Origin: Delftia acidovorans NBRC 14950 | GTDB lineage: Bacteria; Pseudomonadota; Gammaproteobacteria; Burkholderiales; Burkholderiaceae_C | Direction of reading: 5' to 3' | DNA: 32,000 nt | NCBI RefSeq assembly: GCF_001598795.1 | Contig: NZ_BCZP01000001.1 | Location: forward strand, 210,001 to 242,000 | In this document: positions 23,692 to 31,492 of the stretch, one piece after another | Layout: every line of letters begins with the position of its first letter | How positions within the stretch are numbered: position 1 is the first letter of the stretch | The notes under the pieces: generated by a model | Databases searched by the model: none | Told to the model about the DNA's origin: nothing | What the model saw: the letters and a program-made list of their open reading frames with translations, nothing else | Translations under genes and position numbers: made by a program

Positions 23692-25179
23692 ATGAACGCA
23701 CGACACCCCCAGATCGCGGCCGAGCAGGCCACATCCCTGACCGCCACTGCGGCCGCCGGCGAATCCGGCTATCCCGCGCGCTGGACTTCCAAGCGCCGCG
23801 ACTTCCTGCGCATGCTGGGCTACGGCACCGGCGCCGCCACGCTGGGCCCGCTGCTGGCCGCCTGCGGCAGCGGCAACGCCCAGACCTCGGCGGCCGCGCT
23901 GCGCGAGCAGCTCATGCGCGACGAGGCCTTCTGGACCGACGTGCAGAGCATGTTCATCCTCAAGCCCGAGAAGACCTACATGAACATCGGCACGGCGGGC
24001 TCCATGCCCAAGCTGGTGCTCGATGTGTTCGATACCGAAAACCGCAAGAAGGCCGCCGACTCGGGCAACGGCTACAGCAACCTGCTGGACCTGCGCAAGC
24101 AGGTGGCGCCGGGCTTTGGCGTGGATGCCGACGAACTGGCCTTCTCTGCCAACACCTCCTCGGGCATGTGCCATGCCATCCTGGGCATCGACTGGCAGCG
24201 TGGCGACGTGGTGGTCACCACCAACCACGAGCACGGAGGCGGCGACACGCCGCTGAAGATCGCGCAGGACCGCTACGGCATCGAGGTCTCGCGCATTGCG
24301 CTGCCCGTGGGCAACAACCAGACGGCGGCCACCTACGTGAACCTGTTCGACGAGCGCATCCGCGCGCTCAAGGCCCAGGGCAAGCGCGTGCGCGCCATGA
24401 TGTGGTCCTCGCCCACCTACAAGACCGGCACCATGCTGCCCATTGCCGACCTGATGGGCGTGGTCAAGGCGCATGGCCTGATCAGCATCGTGGACGGCGC
24501 CCACCTGCCGGGCATGATGGCCTACAACTATGCGGAGCTGGGCATGGACTTCATGTCCGGCGCGGGCCACAAGTGGCAGTGCGGTCCGGGCTCGACGGGC
24601 ATCCTCATCATCCGCAACAAGATGCGCGCCTCCAACCCGCTGCCCCTGCCCAAGTGGTACCCGGTGCACACCAGCGCCTACCCGGCGCTGGAGCGCACGA
24701 CCACGGCCAAGGAGACCTACGACATCGCCGCCTCGGTCACCTCCTGCGGCAGCGTGCACACGCCCATGTTCATGGCGCTGGCCCAGGCCTGCGCGCAGTG
24801 GGACAGCATCGGCCGCAAGAAGATCGAGACCTATGACCTGACGCTGTCGTCCTACCTCAAGGAAAAGATCGTCGAGCGCTGGGGCGTGGACTCGCTGTAC
24901 TCGCCCAAGGACGATCCCAAGCTGCTGTCGGCGCTGACCTGCTTCAACCCGTTCCAGAACAAGGACGACGTGATGAACGGGACCAAGTCATCGACCTTCG
25001 TGGCGCGCATGCTCAGCGACTATCCGCAGGGCTTCGTGATCCGCAACTCCAACTTCCCCGTGATCGGCGCGGCGGCAGACCACTACGGCGTGCGCGTCTC
25101 CACGCACCTGTGGCATGACGCGCGGGACGTCGATCTGCTGGTGGATGCGATGTGGGATCTGTCTAGAAAGATGGCTTGA
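23692..25179 (+). CDS. Class-V aminotransferase-fold PLP-dependent enzyme (cysteine desulfurase / isopenicillin-N-epimerase-like) with Tat signal and lipobox
   Basis: AGGAGG RBS 6 nt upstream. Twin-arginine motif SKRRDFLRM, then an h-region and LAAC. PLP-lysine block SGAGHKWQCGPGSTG resembles the S-x-HK-x-x-GP-x-G motif of the class V fold. Confidence 0.8.
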   Translation: MNARHPQIAAEQATSLTATAAAGESGYPARWTSKRRDFLRMLGYGTGAATLGPLLAACGSGNAQTSAAALREQLMRDEAFWTDVQSMFILKPEKTYMNIGTAGSMPKLVLDVFDTENRKKAADSGNGYSNLLDLRKQVAPGFGVDADELAFSANTSSGMCHAILGIDWQRGDVVVTTNHEHGGGDTPLKIAQDRYGIEVSRIALPVGNNQTAATYVNLFDERIRALKAQGKRVRAMMWSSPTYKTGTMLPIADLMGVVKAHGLISIVDGAHLPGMMAYNYAELGMDFMSGAGHKWQCGPGSTGILIIRNKMRASNPLPLPKWYPVHTSAYPALERTTTAKETYDIAASVTSCGSVHTPMFMALAQACAQWDSIGRKKIETYDLTLSSYLKEKIVERWGVDSLYSPKDDPKLLSALTCFNPFQNKDDVMNGTKSSTFVARMLSDYPQGFVIRNSNFPVIGAAADHYGVRVSTHLWHDARDVDLLVDAMWDLSRKMA

Positions 25180-25372
25180 CCCCCTGAGGCGCTTACGCGC
25201 CTTCCCCCCGTTGCACGGCGCCTCTCTACCCGCTTCGCGGGGGAGGGGGACGACACCCTCGGTGCGGGGCGGCGCGGCCGGCATAGGCCCTTCCTCGGTG
25301 TCTCTGAGGTGGGCCGTGCTTGTTTAGAGGGCGCGCTTTCTGGCGCAGAGCGCTGTCCTCAGCCTTTGATCG

Positions 25373-26134
25373 TCAGCCGGGCTGTCCTTCGTCGCGGATG
25401 GCGGCGCGGACCTGGGGGAGCTGGCGGCGGGAGACCATGAGCAGTTCGGGGATGCCGTGCAGGCGCAGGGCCCAGCCTTCGCCTTCGGTGGGGTCGTCGT
25501 GGCGTTCCAGGGCGCGCAGGGCGCTGCGGGCCACCAGCGCGTTGCGGTGCACGCGCAGCAGGTGGTCGGCGTGGCGGGCCTCCAGGTCGGCCAGGGCGCC
25601 GTCGAGGATGTAGCTGCGGCCCACGGTGCGCACGGTCACGTACTTCTGTTCGGCCTTGAGGTAGAGCACTTCGGACAGGGGCAGGCGCACGGTGGTGCCC
25701 CGGTCCTGTATCAGCAGCACGGGGCCGCTGTCGCGCTCGGCCGTCTGGTGCACCGCCGTGCGTGCGGCCTTGGCCAGGGCCTGCTGCAGGCGCTCGCGGC
25801 GCACGGGCTTGGTCAGGTAGTCGGCGGCGTCCAGGTCGAAGGCCTCGACCGCATGGCCGGCATGGGCGGTGACGAAGACCACGGCAGGCGGCAGCGGCAG
25901 GCGGCGCAGTGCGTGCGCCAGGGCCAGGCCGTCCTGGCCCGGCATGTGGATGTCCAGCAGTGCCAGTTCCACGGCGCGCGGGCCCGGCGCCTGCAGCACG
26001 GCCATGGCCTGGCGCGCGTCTGCCGCTTCACTGACCTGGTGCGGGCCGGTGCCCGTGCAGGCTTCCACATCGGCCAGCAGGGTGCGCAGTCGCGCGCGGG
26101 CCAGGGCTTCGTCGTCAACGATCAGGATGTGCAT
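25373..26134 (-). CDS. LytTR-family response regulator (AlgR-like)
   Basis: 253 aa from the ATG at 26134. Receiver (MHILIVDDEALAR ... LLDIHMPGQDG) plus a LytTR DNA-binding domain (LSEVLYLKAEQKYVTVRT ... LLRVHRNALV). Confidence 0.85.
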   Translation of the reverse strand: MHILIVDDEALARARLRTLLADVEACTGTGPHQVSEAADARQAMAVLQAPGPRAVELALLDIHMPGQDGLALAHALRRLPLPPAVVFVTAHAGHAVEAFDLDAADYLTKPVRRERLQQALAKAARTAVHQTAERDSGPVLLIQDRGTTVRLPLSEVLYLKAEQKYVTVRTVGRSYILDGALADLEARHADHLLRVHRNALVARSALRALERHDDPTEGEGWALRLHGIPELLMVSRRQLPQVRAAIRDEGQPG

Positions 26135-27317
26135 GGTCCTTCTTCTTCGATACGGCCTTCGTGGGGTGGCTGGCAGGCGCAGCCAGCGGCAGGCTGATGC
26201 GCACCACGAAATGGCCCTTGAGCGTGCGCGCCGTGAGGTGGGCCTGCAGGTCGTGCAGCAGCGACAGCCGGGCGCGCACATTGGCCAGCGCAATGCCGTT
26301 GCCGCGCGTGCCAGCTGCGCTGGCGGAATCGATCTCGGTGGGCAGGGTGTTGGTGATGCGCACCTCCACCAGATCGCCACGGCGCTCGGTGCGCACCTGC
26401 AGCTTGCCGCCGCGTGCGCTGGGCTCCACGCCATGGCGTATGGCGTTTTCCACCAGCGGCTGCAGCAGCAGCGGCGGCAGCAGGGCGCCGTGGGCGGCAG
26501 GGTCCAGTTGCCAGCGCACCTGCAGCCGTTCGCCGAAGCGCACCTGCTCGATGGCCAGGTAGCGCTGGGCCAGCTCGATCTCCTCGGCCAGCGTGGTCGT
26601 GCTGTGCGGCTCGGCCAGTGCGTAGCGGAACAGGTCGCTGAGGTCTTCCAGCAGGGCCTCGGCCTTGGCGGGCTCGGCACGCACCAGGGCGATGGCGCTG
26701 TTGAGCGTGTTGAACAGGAAATGCGGTCGTATGCGCGACTGCAGCTCGGCCAGCCGCGCCTGCGTGTCGGCGGGGGTGTGGCCGCGTGCGCGCAGCACCA
26801 GGGCGGCCACCAGCAGGGCCGCCAGCAGTCCGCCGGACATGGCGCTGGCCAGCCAGGGAGCGCTGGTGCCGCCGGCCAGTTGCAGCATGGCGCAGGCATA
26901 CAGCCCGGCCGCCATGCCCAGCAGCACGCCGGCTGCGTACTGCCCGGTGGACGGCAGGCGCTGCAGCGGATGCTTGAGCAGGCAGGCCGCCACCAGCCAG
27001 ACCAGGGTGCCGGGCAGGCTGGCGCCGGTCAGCAGGGCCATGTTCTCCAGCCACTGCAGGGGCGAGTCGGCGCCGAACATCGCAGCCGTGGCCGCCACGG
27101 CCTGCACGAAGAGCACGGCGCGCAGCACCACGCCGACGTTGCAGGCGTCGAAGACCAGCGCCGCAGGCAGGGGCGGCGGGGCGGCGGAGGTGGATGGCTG
27201 GGGCGGCAAGGGGCGGGTGATGGGGTGTTGTGGCGAAAATGCGGCGGAGTTTGGCGGGCATTCGGCGGGCATTCGGCGGAAATGGGCGGAAATTGGCGCA
27301 ATGGCTCCGCGCCGCAT
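26115..27317 (-). CDS. LytS/YehU-type sensor histidine kinase (AlgZ/FimS-like)
   Basis: Four hydrophobic N-terminal segments. His_kinase block RIRPHFLFNTLNS and ATPase region LLLQPLVENAIRHG. The stop overlaps the regulator start by 20 nt. The start is uncertain: ATG at 27317, ATG at 27272 or TTG at 27209. A non-triplet tandem repeat covers 27232-27304. Confidence 0.8.
   Translation of the reverse strand: MRRGAIAPISAHFRRMPAECPPNSAAFSPQHPITRPLPPQPSTSAAPPPLPAALVFDACNVGVVLRAVLFVQAVAATAAMFGADSPLQWLENMALLTGASLPGTLVWLVAACLLKHPLQRLPSTGQYAAGVLLGMAAGLYACAMLQLAGGTSAPWLASAMSGGLLAALLVAALVLRARGHTPADTQARLAELQSRIRPHFLFNTLNSAIALVRAEPAKAEALLEDLSDLFRYALAEPHSTTTLAEEIELAQRYLAIEQVRFGERLQVRWQLDPAAHGALLPPLLLQPLVENAIRHGVEPSARGGKLQVRTERRGDLVEVRITNTLPTEIDSASAAGTRGNGIALANVRARLSLLHDLQAHLTARTLKGHFVVRISLPLAAPASHPTKAVSKKKDHAHPDR
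27232..27304. repeat. Seven tandem 10-11-bp GGCGG-plus-A/T-tract units
   Basis: The units are GGCGAAAATGC, GGCGGAGTTT, GGCGGGCATTC, GGCGGGCATTC, GGCGGAAATG, GGCGGAAATT and GGCGCAATGG. The mean period of about 10.4 bp matches the helical repeat. Confidence 0.7.
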
Positions 27318-27474
27318 GCCCGGATTATGGTCATGCCGGGCCGGCCTGCACAGCCGCTGCCCGGCCCCTGCACGGGCGTGGCGCCGCCCAGGTCGATAGA
27401 ATCTTCGCTTCCTGCCCGCGCGGGGGGCGTGCCGCCCACCGCCTGCACCGCCTAATCGAAGATCGCGTCCTCAC

Positions 27475-28956
27475 ATGTCTGCCAATCAACCAACGTCCGC
27501 CTCGCACAACCAGCTCGACACCAAGGCCCAGGCCTGGTCTGCTCTCTTCGAAGAGCCGATGAGCGATCTGGTCAAGCGCTATACCTCCAGCGTGTTCTTC
27601 GACAAGCGCCTGTGGCAGGCTGACATCACGGGCAGCCTGGCGCATGCCGAGATGCTGGCGGCCCAGGGCATCATCGCCGCCGCTGACCACGAGTCCATCC
27701 GCAAGGGCATGGCGCAGATCACGCAGGAGATCGAGTCCGGCCAGTTCGAGTGGAAGCTCGACCTGGAAGACGTGCACCTGAACATCGAGGCCCGCCTGAC
27801 CCAGCTGGTCGGCGACGCCGGCAAGCGCCTGCACACGGGCCGCAGCCGCAATGACCAGGTGGCCACCGACGTGCGCCTGTGGCTGCGCGGCGAGATCGAC
27901 CTGATCGAAGGCCTGCTGGGCGAACTGCAGCTGTCCCTGGTCGAAGTGGCCGAGAAGAACGTGGACGTGATCCTGCCCGGCTTCACCCACCTGCAGGTGG
28001 CCCAGCCCGTGAGCTTTGCCCACCACCTGCTGGCCTATGTGGAAATGTTCAAGCGCGACGCCGAGCGCATGCTGGACCTGCGCCGCCGCGTCAACGTGCT
28101 GCCGCTGGGCAGCGCCGCCCTGGCCGGCACCACCTACCCGCTGGACCGCGAGCGCGTGGCCCGCACCCTGGGCATGGAAGGCGTCTGCCAGAACTCGCTG
28201 GACGGCGTCAGCGACCGCGACTTTGCCATCGAATTCACCTCGGCCGCCAGCCTGTGCATGGTGCACGTGAGCCGGCTGTCCGAAGAGCTGATCATCTGGA
28301 TGAGCCAGAACTTCGGCTTCATCCGCATCGCCGACCGCTTCACCACGGGCTCGTCGATCATGCCGCAGAAGAAGAACCCCGACGTGCCCGAGCTGGCACG
28401 CGGCAAGACCGGCCGCGTGGTCGGCCACCTGATGGGCCTGATCACCCTGATGAAGGGCCAGCCCCTGGCCTACAACAAGGACAACCAGGAAGACAAGGAG
28501 CCGCTGTTCGACACGGTGGACACCCTGAAGGACACGCTGCGCATCTTCGCCGAGATGATCGGCGGCCAGGCCGACCCGGCCACGGGCGGCAAGAAGGGCG
28601 GCATCACCGTCAACGCCGAAGCCATGCGCGCCGCCGCGCTCAAGGGCTACGCCACCGCCACCGACCTGGCCGACTACCTGGTCAAGAAGGGCCTGCCCTT
28701 CCGCGACGCGCACGAGACCGTGGCCCATGCCGTCAAGCTGGCCTCGCAAAAGGGCGTGGACCTGACCGAGCTGCCGCTGGCCGAACTGCAGGCCTTCAAC
28801 CCCGGCATCGAGGCCGATGTCTTCGAGGCGCTCAGCCTGGAAGGCTCGCTCAATGCGCGCAACACCCTGGGCGGCACGGCGCCGGCCCAGGTGCGCAAGC
28901 AGCTGGCAGGCCACCAGGCGCGCTTGAATGCACGCCTGAACGCACGCCTGGGCTGA
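27475..28956 (+). CDS. argH: Argininosuccinate lyase
   Basis: Fumarate-lyase signature [13 protein letters not shown]-terminal [26 protein letters not shown] and [10 protein letters not shown] are typical of ArgH. 493 aa. Confidence 0.95.
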   Translation: MSANQPTSASHNQLDTKAQAWSALFEEPMSDLVKRYTSSVFFDKRLWQADITGSLAHAEMLAAQGIIAAADHESIRKGMAQITQEIESGQFEWKLDLEDVHLNIEARLTQLVGDAGKRLHTGRSRNDQVATDVRLWLRGEIDLIEGLLGELQLSLVEVAEKNVDVILPGFTHLQVAQPVSFAHHLLAYVEMFKRDAERMLDLRRRVNVLPLGSAALAGTTYPLDRERVARTLGMEGVCQNSLDGVSDRDFAIEFTSAASLCMVHVSRLSEELIIWMSQNFGFIRIADRFTTGSSIMPQKKNPDVPELARGKTGRVVGHLMGLITLMKGQPLAYNKDNQEDKEPLFDTVDTLKDTLRIFAEMIGGQADPATGGKKGGITVNAEAMRAAALKGYATATDLADYLVKKGLPFRDAHETVAHAVKLASQKGVDLTELPLAELQAFNPGIEADVFEALSLEGSLNARNTLGGTAPAQVRKQLAGHQARLNARLNARLG

Positions 28957-28981
28957 TCCCCCCGTTCGCCGGAGCCGCGCC

Positions 28982-29980
28982 ATGACATCCTCCCGCCGCC
29001 AACTGCTGACCGGGGCGCTGCGCGCCGCCGGCGCAGTGACTGCCGTTGCCGCCTCGTCGGCCCTGGCTCCGCTGGCCTGGGCACAGCCCGGGCAGGCCAT
29101 CCGCATCCTGGTGGGCTTTCCGCCGGGCGGCGGCACGGATGCCATCGCACGCCTGCTGGCCGACCGGCTCAAGGACGTGCTGGGCACCACGGTGCTGGTG
29201 GACAACCGCCCCGGCGCGGGCGGGCAGATCGCGGCGCAGCAGCTCAAGGCGGCTGCGGCCGATGGTCACACGCTGTTCCTCACGCACGACCACACCATCT
29301 CCATCCTGCCCCAGGTGGTGAAGAAGCCGGGTTTCGACCCTGGCCATGACTTCGTTCCCGTGGCCGGCTTTGCCACCTTCGTGAACGCGCTGGCGGTCTC
29401 CGCCAACACGCCGGCGCGCAACCTTGCCGAGTATGTGGAGTGGGTGCGCCAGGGCGCAAAGCGCGGCAGCATCGGCATACCCGCGCCCGCGTCCACGCCG
29501 GAATTCCTGGTAAGGCTGCTGGGCGAGCACTACAAGCTGGACCTGGTGGCCGCGCCCTACCGGGGCAGCGCGCCCATGCTGGCCGACATGCTGGGCAACC
29601 AGATTCCGGCCGGCATCGCCTCGGTGCAGGACTTCATGGAAAACCACAAGGCCGGCAAGCTGCGCGTGATCGGCGTGCTGGGCACGCGCCGCCAGGCCAC
29701 CATGCCCGAAGTGCCCACGCTGGCCGAGCAGGGCGTCAAGGGCTTCGAGGACACGCCCTACTACGGCATCTACGCGCCGCGCGGCACGCCCCAGGCCTTC
29801 ATCGACCGCTTCTCTGCCGCCGTGGCCACCGTGCTCAAACAGCCCGATGTGCACGAGCAGCTCACCGCCCTGGGCCTGACCGTGGGCCACATGCCGCCCG
29901 CACAGCTGGCCGAGCGCGAGCAGGCCTATACCCAGGTCTGGAAACGCATCATCCAGACCAGCGGCTTCCAGCCGCAGTAA
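28982..29980 (+). CDS. Bug-family (TctC-like) tripartite tricarboxylate transporter substrate-binding protein, orphan
   Basis: Tat-like signal SRRQLLTGAL...AWAQ. Conserved Bug N-terminal block IRILVGFPPGGGTDAIARLLADRL. 332 aa. No TctA/TctB genes are adjacent. Confidence 0.85.
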   Translation: MTSSRRQLLTGALRAAGAVTAVAASSALAPLAWAQPGQAIRILVGFPPGGGTDAIARLLADRLKDVLGTTVLVDNRPGAGGQIAAQQLKAAAADGHTLFLTHDHTISILPQVVKKPGFDPGHDFVPVAGFATFVNALAVSANTPARNLAEYVEWVRQGAKRGSIGIPAPASTPEFLVRLLGEHYKLDLVAAPYRGSAPMLADMLGNQIPAGIASVQDFMENHKAGKLRVIGVLGTRRQATMPEVPTLAEQGVKGFEDTPYYGIYAPRGTPQAFIDRFSAAVATVLKQPDVHEQLTALGLTVGHMPPAQLAEREQAYTQVWKRIIQTSGFQPQ

Positions 29981-30001
29981 GCGCGCGTCCAGCGGTCCCG
30001 C

Positions 30002-31492
30002 ATGTTCTACGCGATTCCGCTGGAGGACCGGCCCCGCTGGAGCAATCCGCCGTGGATGACGCTGCTGATCATCCTCGCGAACGTGCTGGTGTTCTTCGGG
30101 CCGCAGCGTTCCGAGGAGCGCGCCCAGCAGGCGGCGGCGCAGTTCTATGCCGCCAGCGCGCTGCCGGGCATCGAGTTGCCGCGCTTCGTGGACTGGCTGG
30201 AGCGCACGGATTCGCCGATGGCAAAGCAGGCAAAGGCGCTGCAGAAGAGGGGCCTGGTCGAGCCGCTGTTGCAGCGCATGGAGCGGGAGCCGAAATTCCT
30301 GGCGCTGCTGCGCAGCGGGCAGATCGTGCCCGAAAGCGATCCCCTGCACGAGCGTTGGCAGACCGACCGCAGCCGCTACGAGGCGTTGCAGCCGGAACCT
30401 TTCACCACGCGCTGGGCCAAAAACTATGCGCTGGACGCGCCGATGCGCCCGGTGACCTGGATCACCGCAGCGTTCCTGCATGTCGACACCAGCCACCTGG
30501 TGGGCAATATGCTGTTTCTCTTCATGTTCGGCTTCTCGGTCGAGTTGATGCTGGGGCGCGGCACCTATCTGTTGTTTTATCTGCTGGGCGCCGTGGGTGG
30601 CTCGGTGCTTTCGGGCTGGGCCTATGCAGGCACAGGCAGTTACGGCTTGGGCGCCTCGGGCGCCGTGGCCGCCCTGATGGGCATGTACGCCGTCATGTAC
30701 CGGCTGCGGCGTGTCCGTTTCTTCTATCAGCTGTTTTTTTATTTCAACTACGTCACTGCGCCCGCCTTGATCCTGCTGCCAGCCTGGATCGCCAATGAAG
30801 TGCTGCAGCATTTTTTCAGTGGCCAGAGCGCTGGCTACATGGCCCATCTGGGCGGTCTGCTGACGGGCGCAGCCCTGATGGCCCTGCATCTGCGCCGCAA
30901 GCCACGGGCGGCGTTGGCGGGCCATCATTCGGCGCCGGACGATGGCTTCGACGCACATGTCGCCAACGCGCGACGCCTGGGCCAGGCGCTGGACATGGAG
31001 GGCGCCCTGCGCGCCTGGCGCGCCGCAGCCCAGCTGCGGCCTGCCGACGCCGAGGTGCTGCGCGCCTGGTTTGCCGCAGCCCGCTATGTGCCTGCCAGCG
31101 AGGACTTCCACCGTGCGGCCCGGCGCATCTTCAGGCTGCCGGCCCGTGATGCCGCCACCCTGGCCTGGCAGCACGACAGCTACCGCATCTACCTGGACCT
31201 GGCCCGCCCAGGCGCCAGGATCGCGCCCGAGGACATGGCCAGGCTGGTGCGCCGCTTCACGCGTGCCCGTGCGTTCGACGATGCCGAGAAGCTGTGCCAC
31301 GCGCTGCTGCAGGCAGCACCCGGCCAGCCGGGCCTGGGCGAGACGCTGTGCCTGCTGGTCAACGGCCTGCTGCAGCAGGGGCTGGCACAGCGCGCCCGCG
31401 CCTGGCTGCCACAACTGCAGCGCTGGGCGCCCGATGAGGCCGTGACCCGGCTGTTGCTCGACGGGCAGGCCCGGTCCCAGGCCACGGCGTGA
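30002..31492 (+). CDS. Rhomboid-family intramembrane serine protease with a C-terminal helical-repeat (TPR-like) extension of about 190 aa
   Basis: Rhomboid core with HLVGNMLFLFMFG, catalytic-serine block GASGAVAALMG and histidine block AHLGGLLTG. The C-terminal soluble region is Ala/Arg/Leu-rich and helical. Confidence 0.8.
   Translation: MFYAIPLEDRPRWSNPPWMTLLIILANVLVFFGPQRSEERAQQAAAQFYAASALPGIELPRFVDWLERTDSPMAKQAKALQKRGLVEPLLQRMEREPKFLALLRSGQIVPESDPLHERWQTDRSRYEALQPEPFTTRWAKNYALDAPMRPVTWITAAFLHVDTSHLVGNMLFLFMFGFSVELMLGRGTYLLFYLLGAVGGSVLSGWAYAGTGSYGLGASGAVAALMGMYAVMYRLRRVRFFYQLFFYFNYVTAPALILLPAWIANEVLQHFFSGQSAGYMAHLGGLLTGAALMALHLRRKPRAALAGHHSAPDDGFDAHVANARRLGQALDMEGALRAWRAAAQLRPADAEVLRAWFAAARYVPASEDFHRAARRIFRLPARDAATLAWQHDSYRIYLDLARPGARIAPEDMARLVRRFTRARAFDDAEKLCHALLQAAPGQPGLGETLCLLVNGLLQQGLAQRARAWLPQLQRWAPDEAVTRLLLDGQARSQATA

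Noticed and set aside
25373-26899. 508-aa ORF apparently fusing the LytTR regulator with upstream sequence
   Set aside because: The N-terminal 255 aa are a Pro/Ala/Arg/Cys/Trp-rich off-frame reading of the kinase gene. The real regulator starts at MHILIVDD (ATG at 26134), and the kinase occupies another frame (26115-27317).
28850-31414. 854-aa minus-strand ORF spanning the argH 3' end, the Bug gene and the rhomboid gene
   Set aside because: It crosses three well-supported + strand genes and their intergenic gaps. This is a GC-bias artefact.
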